Below are positions 15,847 through 23,201 of a stretch of DNA of 32,362 nucleotides, one piece after another. Below the pieces are notes generated by a model that worked only from the letters and a program-made list of their open reading frames with translations, did no database searches and was not told where the DNA came from. The stretch lies in the NCBI GenBank assembly GCA_019661855.1, contig JAIFWM010000007.1, forward strand, positions 1-32,362. The letters run 5' to 3'. The first letter of the stretch is position 1; each line of letters starts with the position of its first letter. Position numbers and translations under genes: made by a program. The DNA is from Candidatus Parcubacteria bacterium (GTDB taxonomy: Bacteria; Patescibacteriota; Minisyncoccia; Phycocordibacterales; SBAW01).

Positions 15847-16404
15847 ATGGGTACAGATACATTCACAGAGGGGTTTGAGCGCTACAGTGACGAACTGTTT
15901 CGCCATTGCATGTTGCGGTTAAGCGACCGCGAACGTGCGCTGGAGCTCACGCAAGAAGCATTCTTGCGAGCCTTCGAGTACTCTCAAAAGAACGAAATCC
16001 GGGAACTTAGACCGTTTCTCTACCGTACGTTGCGACACCTTATCATCGATGAATATCGCAAGCACAAAACTGTCTCGCTTGAGGCAATGACGGAGAACAA
16101 TAGTAGCGGCGAAACAGATTTCTTGCTTCCTCCAGAGGAAGGGAACACGCTTGAGGCAGCAATGGCCAGGCTTGATGGTGCCCAAGCACTCGAGATGGTC
16201 AAAGAGCTTCCCGAAAGTTATCGTGATGTACTCCTCTTTCGCTATGTTGAAGGGCTAACGCCAAAAGAGATTGCCGAATATATTAGTGAGAGTGAAAATG
16301 TGGTATCTGTGCGCATCCATCGAGGCCTTAAAAAGTTAAAGAGCCTTCTTGAAGAAAAAGATGTCACCCTTCGACAGGCTCAGGGTAAATTAGGAAATTT
16401 ATGA
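15847..16404 (+). CDS. ECF-family RNA polymerase sigma-70 factor
   Basis: Region 2 (LELTQEAFLRAFE...YRTLRHLIIDEYR) and region 4 (YRDVLLFRYVEGLTPKEIAEYI..SENVVSVRIHRGLKKLK) are present. The C-terminal tail DVTLRQAQGKLGNL is encoded by the repeat module. Confidence 0.9.
   Translation: MGTDTFTEGFERYSDELFRHCMLRLSDRERALELTQEAFLRAFEYSQKNEIRELRPFLYRTLRHLIIDEYRKHKTVSLEAMTENNSSGETDFLLPPEEGNTLEAAMARLDGAQALEMVKELPESYRDVLLFRYVEGLTPKEIAEYISESENVVSVRIHRGLKKLKSLLEEKDVTLRQAQGKLGNL
16374..16403 (+). promoter_or_regulatory. hairpin + A/U-rich spacer + AUG module, copy B (sigma|anti-sigma junction)
   Basis: TCACCCTTCGACAGGCTCAGGGTAAATTAGGAAATTTATG. The stem is ACCCT/AGGGT and the loop is TCGACAGGCTC. The module ends in the anti-sigma start codon. 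Confidence 0.45.
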
Positions 16405-17282
16405 ACGATTTTTTTGAACAACTAAAAAAAGGAGGTGAAATCCGCATGAGTGATGCGGAGAAGGCGCATATGCGTCAGTTTTTGCTTAAAAAAATATCTG
16501 GAGCACAAACAAAAAGCACAGCAAGTCCTTATTTTTCATTTTTTACTATGTCGACGTTTCTTAGCGTACGTTCGTTTGCCGCGTTGGTGCTTGTTTTTCT
16601 TGTTGTTGGGTCAAGTACAGCCTATGCGGCACAAGGTTCGCTCCCGGGCGACCTGTTGTACCCAGTTAAAATTGGAGTTACCGAGCAAGTAGAGCTCGCC
16701 CTTGCCACTACGCCACAAGCAAAAATTGATACCGAAGTGCGTTTGGCAGACCGTCGCGTGTCTGAGGCTCAAACGCTCGACAAAGAGGGCAGACTCGATG
16801 CTACCACCAGCGCTAAGATCGAGGCAGAATTTGATAAACATGTATCTCACGCACTTGCTCTTGCCGACGAAGTGCCTGACGAGCCAAACGAAACTCCCGC
16901 AGACGTGGCAGCAGAACCTACTACCACTGCACTTGCTACTGAAGTAGCAAGTGATACTGCCACGTCTTCAGACAGTGCTTCAGGAACTGTAGAGGTGGCC
17001 ACAACTGTCGCACTTAAAGTTGCTGTGCTCGCGCCTCAAGCGACTGACACTACAACAACTACCGAACCGGAAGCTCCTAAAGCAACAAGTACTGCTACTA
17101 CGACACGCAGATTTTCTAATTCTAAAAAAGAGGGGCTGATGATCTCGCTTGAGACTAAGCGCGAAACCTTGCGTGAACTTAGAGCTCGTTACCAAACTCG
17201 CGGTGAGGTAAAAGGTACCGAGACAGACCGCTCAGACCAAGATCAAGATAAAAATAAAGGGAAGGGGAAAGACGAAGACTAG
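16401..17282 (+). CDS. putative anti-sigma factor, DUF5667-like
   Basis: The start overlaps the sigma gene by 4 nt (ATGA). There is a short cytoplasmic N-terminus, one TM segment (FAALVLVFLVVGSSTAYA), the LPGDLLYPVK motif typical of DUF5667, and T/A-rich then K/D/E-rich tails. Confidence 0.75.
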   Translation: MNDFFEQLKKGGEIRMSDAEKAHMRQFLLKKISGAQTKSTASPYFSFFTMSTFLSVRSFAALVLVFLVVGSSTAYAAQGSLPGDLLYPVKIGVTEQVELALATTPQAKIDTEVRLADRRVSEAQTLDKEGRLDATTSAKIEAEFDKHVSHALALADEVPDEPNETPADVAAEPTTTALATEVASDTATSSDSASGTVEVATTVALKVAVLAPQATDTTTTTEPEAPKATSTATTTRRFSNSKKEGLMISLETKRETLRELRARYQTRGEVKGTETDRSDQDQDKNKGKGKDED

Positions 17283-17608
17283 CCGTACATAACTGCCCCA
17301 ACACACACGAGGATGTTAAGAAACAGCCACAGCGTGTAGGTAATAAGCAACGGAGGCTCGCGATGTACAAATGCATAAAGTATCCAAGGTAAATCAAGTG
17401 CTGCATACGAGCCCCAAGATAGGGCAGAGACACCTGCGGCATTGTGGTCTATAAAAATATTTGAAAGCTGCGGAATGGTCATGATCATGCCCACGATACC
17501 TGCGAGGATACATATTTGATCGAGCAGACGAATCCAAAATTTGCGCGAAGGATACGGTTCTAAATATTCTTTAGTGCGTTTGCGAAACGAAAAGTGCCCA
17601 ATTCTCAT
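17279..17608 (-). CDS. small 3-TM membrane protein, SemiSWEET/PQ-loop-like
   Basis: 109 aa. TM1 carries a PQ motif (GMIMTIPQLSNIF) and two further TM segments follow. TACAAT lies 6 nt upstream of the ATG. The stop codon overlaps the anti-sigma stop in the palindrome CTAG. Confidence 0.55.
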   Translation of the reverse strand: MRIGHFSFRKRTKEYLEPYPSRKFWIRLLDQICILAGIVGMIMTIPQLSNIFIDHNAAGVSALSWGSYAALDLPWILYAFVHREPPLLITYTLWLFLNILVCVGAVMYG

Positions 17609-17625
17609 AAATCTATTGTAAACGA

Positions 17626-18258
17626 TTAACGCAAGGCTTGGCCGCCTTTTTCTTGCGTAGGGATAGGATTGTTTTTTAGCAGTGTTGCCATGTGCGCGAG
17701 GTTGCGTGCGAGAGTAGTGGCCATGCCGACTGTATAGGTTTGGGATTTAAATTTTTGCATCAACTCTTCTTTCGTGTCTGCCCATACTCCCAAGGTAGAG
17801 AGGGACGGGGCAGGAGGGAGAGTTAAACCATTCCATGCCATAAAGTTGGCGAGGTTGCCGATGATGTGTTGAGCGCCGTCTTCGCCGCCGGTAATAACTA
17901 TGCCGCCCACTTTGTTGAGGAGCTCGGATTTTCCTGTTTCAACAATTTTGTCATTAAGTTCGTCGAGACGCTCAACGACACGTTGTATAAGAGACGACTG
18001 ATTGTCCCACCAGATGGGAGTAGCAAAGATGATGATGTCTGCGGCAAACATCTTTTGCAAAATTTGAGGCCACTCGTCGCCTTGGCCCATGTTGCTTCGT
18101 GTGCCAGGAGGGATGTTGTGATCTGCGAGTTTTACTACTTCGCTTTCAACGTTGTGGTCTTTGAGCTTTTCGATAAGAAGCTCGGCGAGTGTTTCGGTGG
18201 TAGAAAACTTGCCGCTCGCGGTCGTTTTTAAAGTTCCTAAGAGAAAAAGTGCTTTCAT
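17626..18258 (-). CDS. flavodoxin-like NAD(P)H-dependent FMN reductase family protein
   Basis: MKALFLLGTLK..., ADIIIFATPIWW and GGIVITGGEDG motifs. A consensus TATAAT lies 6 nt upstream of the ATG. Confidence 0.75.
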   Translation of the reverse strand: MKALFLLGTLKTTASGKFSTTETLAELLIEKLKDHNVESEVVKLADHNIPPGTRSNMGQGDEWPQILQKMFAADIIIFATPIWWDNQSSLIQRVVERLDELNDKIVETGKSELLNKVGGIVITGGEDGAQHIIGNLANFMAWNGLTLPPAPSLSTLGVWADTKEELMQKFKSQTYTVGMATTLARNLAHMATLLKNNPIPTQEKGGQALR

Positions 18259-18291
18259 GCAGTCATTATAAAGCAGGTATACTAGATTAGT

Positions 18292-18648
18292 ATGAATCCA
18301 TTTGGTGAGCAGGAGGGAACAAATCTTTTTAGTATTTTGATTAATATTGCGTTTGGGTTTGTTGCAGGATTGGTTGTGTTTATTGGATTTGCAGAGGTGG
18401 TGGCCTATGGCTCCAAGCTTGCAGCGGATTTAATTAAAATGAGTGGCTATGGCCAACAGATGGCGGCGTTTGGGTTTGCTACCACGGCAGCGCCCTACAT
18501 TGTCTTAGCACCCCTTGCTGGCATTGTGGTAAAACAGCTCACCTCGGTGCGCTCTATAAAATCGTTTCTCTACTTTGCTGCAGCTATTGCAGTTGGTTTT
18601 GCGGTAGCGTACTTCACCGCAGGTTATTTCCACACCCTGATGAAGTAG
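18292..18648 (+). CDS. hypothetical multi-TM membrane protein
   Basis: 118-aa ORF with 3-4 hydrophobic segments. TATACT lies 8 nt upstream of the ATG. Confidence 0.6.
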   Translation: MNPFGEQEGTNLFSILINIAFGFVAGLVVFIGFAEVVAYGSKLAADLIKMSGYGQQMAAFGFATTAAPYIVLAPLAGIVVKQLTSVRSIKSFLYFAAAIAVGFAVAYFTAGYFHTLMK

Positions 18649-18697
18649 CTCATAAGCTAGCTACGAAGCTCGTTTTGGTGTAATTTGTATTGGCAAT

Positions 18698-18784
18698 GGA
18701 GGCGTGGCTGAGCGGTCTAAAGCAACACACTGCTAATGTGTTGAGGGGGAAACCCCTCCGAAGGTTCGAATCCTTCCGCCTCCG
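18698..18784 (+). tRNA. tRNA-Ser, anticodon GCU
   Basis: The acceptor is GGAGGCG/CGCCTCC. The anticodon arm ACACA-CTGCTAA-TGTGT gives GCT. There is a long variable arm (AGGGG-gaaa-CCCCT) and a T-arm GAAGG-ttcgaat-CCTTC. Confidence 0.9.
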
Positions 18785-18832
18785 CATAGTTTCTTAATTT
18801 CTTCTACAGCAACGGTGGAGCACAATGTTGTC

Positions 18833-19009
18833 ATGGCTCGATATGGTAAAAAAGCAGGGCAAAAGGTTGAACGTGCGATGCATGAGATGAAAGAAGGTAA
18901 ACTGCGCAGTGGTTCGAGCGGTAAAAAAGTCACTAGCCGCAAACAAGCAGTTGCTATAGGACTTTCCGAAGCACGTCGTTCGGGTGGTAAAGTACCATCA
19001 AAGAAGTAA
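18833..19009 (+). CDS. small basic protein, DUF6496-like
   Basis: MARYGKKAGQKVERAMHEMKEGKLRSG.SGKKVTSRKQAVAIGLSEARR. I prefer ATG 18833 over GTG 18815. Confidence 0.7.
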   Translation: MARYGKKAGQKVERAMHEMKEGKLRSGSSGKKVTSRKQAVAIGLSEARRSGGKVPSKK

Positions 19010-19407
19010 TGAACCACTGGCTACTTAAAACCGAGGCCGAAGAGTTTTCGATAGACGACCTTAAGCGCAAAAAGCGCGAGCCTTGGAGTGGTGTGCGCAA
19101 CTTTCAGGCGCGCAAAAATTTGCAGTCGATGCGCAAAGGCGATCTCGCCTTTATTTACCACACCGGGGATGAGAAACAAATTGTTGGGGTAGGGAAGGTG
19201 GTCAAAGAAGCCTACCCCGAGAAGGAAAAGCCCTGGGTACAGGTTGACATTGGCTTTGTAAACAAGGTACAACGCCCCGTCACCTTAGCCCAGGTCAAAA
19301 ATGACCCTAATTTACGCGATATGGTGTTGGCCTCGGCGCCCCGCCTCTCGGTCCAGCCGGTATCTGAAAAACACTTTAATTACCTAGTTAAATTAGCCTC
19401 AAAGTAG
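19009..19407 (+). CDS. EVE (PUA-like) domain protein
   Basis: MNHWLLKTE...WSGVRNFQARKNL..M..GD..F.YH matches the EVE domain. The start overlaps the upstream stop (TAATG). Confidence 0.85.
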   Translation: MNHWLLKTEAEEFSIDDLKRKKREPWSGVRNFQARKNLQSMRKGDLAFIYHTGDEKQIVGVGKVVKEAYPEKEKPWVQVDIGFVNKVQRPVTLAQVKNDPNLRDMVLASAPRLSVQPVSEKHFNYLVKLASK

Positions 19408-19413
19408 GCTATA

Positions 19414-19442
19414 TTGACAAAAATACCGCTTTGGTATATAAT
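19414..19442 (+). promoter_or_regulatory. consensus sigma-70 promoter
   Basis: TTGACA (19414-19419), a 17-nt spacer, then TATAAT (19437-19442). It predicts a leader of about 120 nt for the helicase gene. Confidence 0.65.
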
Positions 19443-19480
19443 GGGGAACGTACCTAATCTCATTGGTTTTTCCTTCTAGG

Positions 19481-19568
19481 GTTACTACCTACAAGCGGGA
19501 GCAGCAGCTTCTTTAAAAATCATGGATAAGCCTGATTTTTATTTTAATTGGCTCCTTGAGGTAGTAAC
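19481..19568 (+). promoter_or_regulatory. possible RBS-sequestering long-range helix in the helicase 5' UTR
   Basis: GTTACTACCT (19481-19490) is the perfect reverse complement of AGGTAGTAAC (19559-19568). The latter contains the only SD-like GAGG/AGGT and ends 3 nt before ATG 19572. Confidence 0.35.
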
Positions 19569-19571
19569 ACA

Positions 19572-20774
19572 ATGTATCAAAAAACGTTCAATAATCGCTC
19601 TCGAGGCTCGTTCTCGCGCCCCAAGTTCAATAATCACCGTACTAACCGTAAGCCCGAAAATCGAGGCTCATTTATCCACCCGTCTAAATTTGTTAACAAA
19701 GCAGTTGAGATAGCGGACGAGGTAGCGTATGCCTCAAAACATCGTTTTGAGGACTTTGCCATTGCACAGGCGCTCAAAAACACCATTGCTACTAAAAAGT
19801 ATGGTGCGCCTACTCCTATCCAAGACCAAGCCATTCCGCATATCCTCATGGGTAAAGATGTTGTAGGTATAGCTAACACCGGTACCGGCAAGACCGCAGC
19901 GTTTCTTATTCCACTCATAAACAAAGTGTTGGGCGATGCTAAGGAGCAAGTGCTCATCATCGTACCTACGCGCGAACTCGCAATCCAAATCGACCAAGAG
20001 TTGCGCGACTTTACTCGTGGCATGCGCCTCTTCTCAGTCTGTGCAGTTGGTGGTACCTCTATTGGTCCACAACTCTCGGCTTTGCGTCATAAAAATAACT
20101 TCGTCATCGGCACTCCAGGACGCCTTAAGGATTTGATCGAACGCAAAGCTATGAGCCTTGCCGCATTTCAAACTGTAGTCTTAGACGAGGCAGATCGCAT
20201 GCTCGACATGGGCTTTATCAACGATATGCGCTATGTGATGAAGGGTATGCCCGCCAATCGTCACACACTCTTTTTCTCTGCAACACTTTCTCGCGAGATC
20301 GAGGGACTCATTTCAGAGTTCTTGAAGGATCCGGTGCGTGTCTCGGTGAAAACAGGGGACACTGCTAAAAACGTAGACCAGGCTGTGGACAAAATTGCTC
20401 CCGGCACTCAAAAGGTTGATGTCTTACACACGCTCCTTGCACAAAAGGAGGAGTTTAACAAAGTGTTGGTCTTCGGCCGCACCAAGCATGGTGTCGAAAA
20501 GCTCTCTAAAATGCTCGTCGCACGCGGCGTTGCTTCAGAGTCTATTCATGGCAACAAGTCACACTCACAACGTCAACGCGCACTCTCAAAGTTTAAGGAC
20601 AACCATGTCCAGGTATTGGTTGCAACCGACGTTGCAGCACGTGGTCTCGATATTTCTCAAGTCAGCCATGTAATTAACTACGATCTCCCTATGACTTACG
20701 AAGACTATGTGCACCGTATCGGCCGCACTGGCCGTGGAGGCAGTCGTGGCAAAGCGCTCACGTTCATCGAATAA
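19572..20774 (+). CDS. DEAD-box ATP-dependent RNA helicase
   Basis: Q motif (PTPIQ), Walker A ANTGTGKT, DEAD, SAT and HRIGRTGRGG motifs. Confidence 0.95.
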   Translation: MYQKTFNNRSRGSFSRPKFNNHRTNRKPENRGSFIHPSKFVNKAVEIADEVAYASKHRFEDFAIAQALKNTIATKKYGAPTPIQDQAIPHILMGKDVVGIANTGTGKTAAFLIPLINKVLGDAKEQVLIIVPTRELAIQIDQELRDFTRGMRLFSVCAVGGTSIGPQLSALRHKNNFVIGTPGRLKDLIERKAMSLAAFQTVVLDEADRMLDMGFINDMRYVMKGMPANRHTLFFSATLSREIEGLISEFLKDPVRVSVKTGDTAKNVDQAVDKIAPGTQKVDVLHTLLAQKEEFNKVLVFGRTKHGVEKLSKMLVARGVASESIHGNKSHSQRQRALSKFKDNHVQVLVATDVAARGLDISQVSHVINYDLPMTYEDYVHRIGRTGRGGSRGKALTFIE

Positions 20775-20779
20775 TAAAT

Positions 20780-20935
20780 ATGCAACCATCGCGCAAAACA
20801 TTTCAGCAAAAGGGTAAGTGGGTCGAAAGACACACTAAAACCGAGATTTTGCTTTGCGCGTGCGGTGGCAAATATCTTAAAACTCGCGTTGATCAGGTGC
20901 AGTGTGTACGCTGCATGACTAAGTCCCGTATTTAA
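20780..20935 (+). CDS. 51-aa zinc-ribbon-like mini-protein (below the ORF-track cutoff)
   Basis: MQPSRKTFQQKGKWVERHTKTEILLCACGGKYLKTRVDQVQCVRCMTKSRI has a CxC...CxxC pattern. The ATG lies 5 nt after the helicase stop. Confidence 0.5.
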   Translation: MQPSRKTFQQKGKWVERHTKTEILLCACGGKYLKTRVDQVQCVRCMTKSRI

Positions 20936-20994
20936 TTCTGTATACTAGTAGTTAGGTCGACCACCAATTATTATTTTCGTTCGAACATTCAACT

Positions 20995-21075
20995 ATGGAC
21001 GGTGATAAATGTGAAAAGTGTGGTCATGATAAACATGATGGAGGCAAGTGCGAAATGTGCGACTGCGAAGCATAG
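20995..21075 (+). CDS. 26-aa Cys/His-rich mini-ORF
   Basis: MDGDKCEKCGHDKHDGGKCEMCDCEA has 5 Cys and 2 His. The stop codon is followed directly by a 10-bp GC-rich hairpin. No SD. Confidence 0.35.
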   Translation: MDGDKCEKCGHDKHDGGKCEMCDCEA

Positions 21076-21079
21076 CAAA

Positions 21080-21118
21080 AACGCCCCGCTCTACTCTAAA
21101 AAGTTGGCGGGGCGTTTT
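21080..21118. terminator. bidirectional hairpin terminator
   Basis: AACGCCCCGC-17 nt-GCGGGGCGTT, flanked by an A-run and a T-run between convergent small genes. Confidence 0.65.
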
Positions 21119-21129
21119 GCATGTCGGTT

Positions 21130-21315
21130 TTATACACGACGTTCACGCAATTCCTGCTCCAGTTGTTGCTCCTCGACTCCGCCCCATAGAGCGAGTACCG
21201 CGACCGCTATACCAAGAATGGCTAGCGACCAAGTAAGGGTGTCGCCAGTAAGCCCCATAAACGGGACCGCAATCGTGAGCAAACCAAGGAGTGCTGTTAC
21301 CCATTGCTGCCACAT
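21130..21315 (-). CDS. small 2-TM membrane protein (SPW-repeat-like)
   Basis: MWQQWVTALLGLLTIAVPFMGL...WSLAILGIAVAVLALWGG followed by a charged tail. Confidence 0.5.
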   Translation of the reverse strand: MWQQWVTALLGLLTIAVPFMGLTGDTLTWSLAILGIAVAVLALWGGVEEQQLEQELRERRV

Positions 21316-21439
21316 ACGCGTTTTTTTATATTAGGGCTCCTAATATCGACCTGTAGACAAACTATACGCGCCTGCATATGGGTCTTAGATGAAAGGAAAT
21401 CTTCATGTTTTTTATACATGACATTAGAAAAAATGGTAT

Positions 21440-22621
21440 GTGGCACAAACTTCAACGGGGTATGCCTGGGGCTCGGCTTTACTGGTGGGATCTATTCTCG
21501 CGCGAATAGTGTCTTATTCTGTGGTCACATCCGACTACACCTATTTTTTAAGTAAATGGTTTGACGCCCTGCAAACCTCTGGGCTAAGCGCTTTTCAAAA
21601 TCCTTTTTCGGATTACGCGCCGCTGTATCTTTATATTATTAAGTTACTTACGTATCTACCGGTCCCCAGCCTCTATAGTATTAAAACCGTGTCAGTGCTC
21701 GCCGATATAGTCGTTGCATTTCTTGCGTGCGCAATTCTTAAGATTCTTGTACCGGGGAGATCTTACTCCCAACTCTTTTTTGCTTTTGCGGTGGTATTTT
21801 CCATCCCCACATTTTTAGTAAACAGTTCTTTTTGGGGACAGGCCGACGCACTGTATGCTGCGGCAGCTCTCGCATCGCTCTATTGCATTCTGTTGCGAAA
21901 ACCGATCTACGCAAGCTTTTGGTTTGCTATCTCACTTTGTTTTAAAGTCCAGGCACTCTTTTTTGCCCCCATACTTATTGGCTTTCTTTTGAGGGAGAAA
22001 AAACTTCTTCACCTATTCGTAGTGCCCGTAGTCTACACCGTTTCGATACTCCCGGTCATGTGGGGCGGCGGCTCATTTTGGTATTGGTTTTTTATTTATG
22101 CTAAACAATCCACTGAGTATAAATGGCTTTCAGTTTCGGCTCAGTCGATTTTTGCCTTCTTTAACGATGCTCCAGCACAAGATCTGTTGTTTTGGGTAGG
22201 CATAGCAGTATCTGGATTAACCGCTCTTGTCTTTTTTGTTATGGCAGCGCGCGTACCTGTATCAAAGAAGCAATGTTTTCTTTTCTTAAGCTTGTTATGT
22301 GTGCTGCTTTTACCGTACCTTTTGCCCCGTATGCACGAGCGCTACTTTTATCTTGCCGATTGTTTGGCGGTTATATACGTACTTGCGTATCCGCGTTACT
22401 GGTATCTTGCCACACTCGTTGTTGGGACCTCTCTTATTTCATATATGCCGTATCTGTCGCAGCAGGTTCAGTTTCTTTCGTGGGCGAAAGTAGATTTGCG
22501 AGTCCCCAGCGCCATTCTTTTTGTCACACTTGTGGGGATGGTCTACTGGTATTTTACGCGTTGTAAGCTTAAGACTGAGCAAGAGCTACCAAATGAACTA
22601 CACGAGCACCACTTTGCATAA
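21440..22621 (+). CDS. GT-C fold membrane glycosyl/mannosyltransferase (GT87/DUF2029-like)
   Basis: 393 aa with about 10 TM segments and an N-terminal ...DY.YFLSKWFD...FSDYAPLYLY motif region. The start codon is GTG. Confidence 0.7.
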   Translation: MAQTSTGYAWGSALLVGSILARIVSYSVVTSDYTYFLSKWFDALQTSGLSAFQNPFSDYAPLYLYIIKLLTYLPVPSLYSIKTVSVLADIVVAFLACAILKILVPGRSYSQLFFAFAVVFSIPTFLVNSSFWGQADALYAAAALASLYCILLRKPIYASFWFAISLCFKVQALFFAPILIGFLLREKKLLHLFVVPVVYTVSILPVMWGGGSFWYWFFIYAKQSTEYKWLSVSAQSIFAFFNDAPAQDLLFWVGIAVSGLTALVFFVMAARVPVSKKQCFLFLSLLCVLLLPYLLPRMHERYFYLADCLAVIYVLAYPRYWYLATLVVGTSLISYMPYLSQQVQFLSWAKVDLRVPSAILFVTLVGMVYWYFTRCKLKTEQELPNELHEHHFA

Positions 22622-23180
22622 GGGCGCGCTTGGCCTCTTCAAATGTTGCACCCGTGGTCGAAACATCATCAACAACAATACACACCCTTCCCGCTATGTT
22701 TTTAGGGTTTTCGACGCGCATCGACTTTTTTACATTCTTAAGCCGTATATGCTTGGCTAAACCTTGTTGTGGAACTGTGTTAACTATGCGTTTTAATATT
22801 TTTGGGGCATATTCAAACCCGTCCATGCCTTTAAGTGCCCATTCACACAGCAATTCGGTCTGATTATGCCCGCGCTCGCGTCGACGTTTGTCATGCATGG
22901 GTATAGGGACTACGAGTGGGGTACCCAACTCGTCTGCGGCCACAGCAAGAAGTTGCTCGGCTACAAACTTTCCTGCTAAATCGGCTGCTTTTTGGTCGCC
23001 GTGGTACTTCAACTCCCACACCAGTGCTTTAACTAATGGGTCAGTGTAGGGGAGAGAGCCCCTGTCAGAGTCATATGAAAGTGTTTGAAGTTGGCCAAGC
23101 GTCAACGAACGCAACATTTTTTCAGTTTCGCGCGGTGGAGCAATAAAATCGAGAAAAAGTGTAATAAAATCCCTAAGCAT
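22569..23180 (-). CDS. comF: ComF-family phosphoribosyltransferase-like competence protein
   Basis: PRTase motif VCIVVDDVSTTGAT and the typical ComFC C-terminus. I prefer ATG 23180 (TATAGT lies 7 nt upstream). The ORF-track start 23201 abuts the pilM ATG. The usual N-terminal CxxC pairs are absent. Confidence 0.8.
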   Translation of the reverse strand: MLRDFITLFLDFIAPPRETEKMLRSLTLGQLQTLSYDSDRGSLPYTDPLVKALVWELKYHGDQKAADLAGKFVAEQLLAVAADELGTPLVVPIPMHDKRRRERGHNQTELLCEWALKGMDGFEYAPKILKRIVNTVPQQGLAKHIRLKNVKKSMRVENPKNIAGRVCIVVDDVSTTGATFEEAKRALMQSGARVVHLVALAQS

Positions 23181-23201
23181 ACGTGATACTATATACACCA
23201 T

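Noticed and set aside
21304-21555. 83-aa plus-strand ORF overlapping the start of the glycosyltransferase
   Set aside because: It is out of frame with the 393-aa multi-TM glycosyltransferase ORF, which explains the region better, and it has no features of its own.
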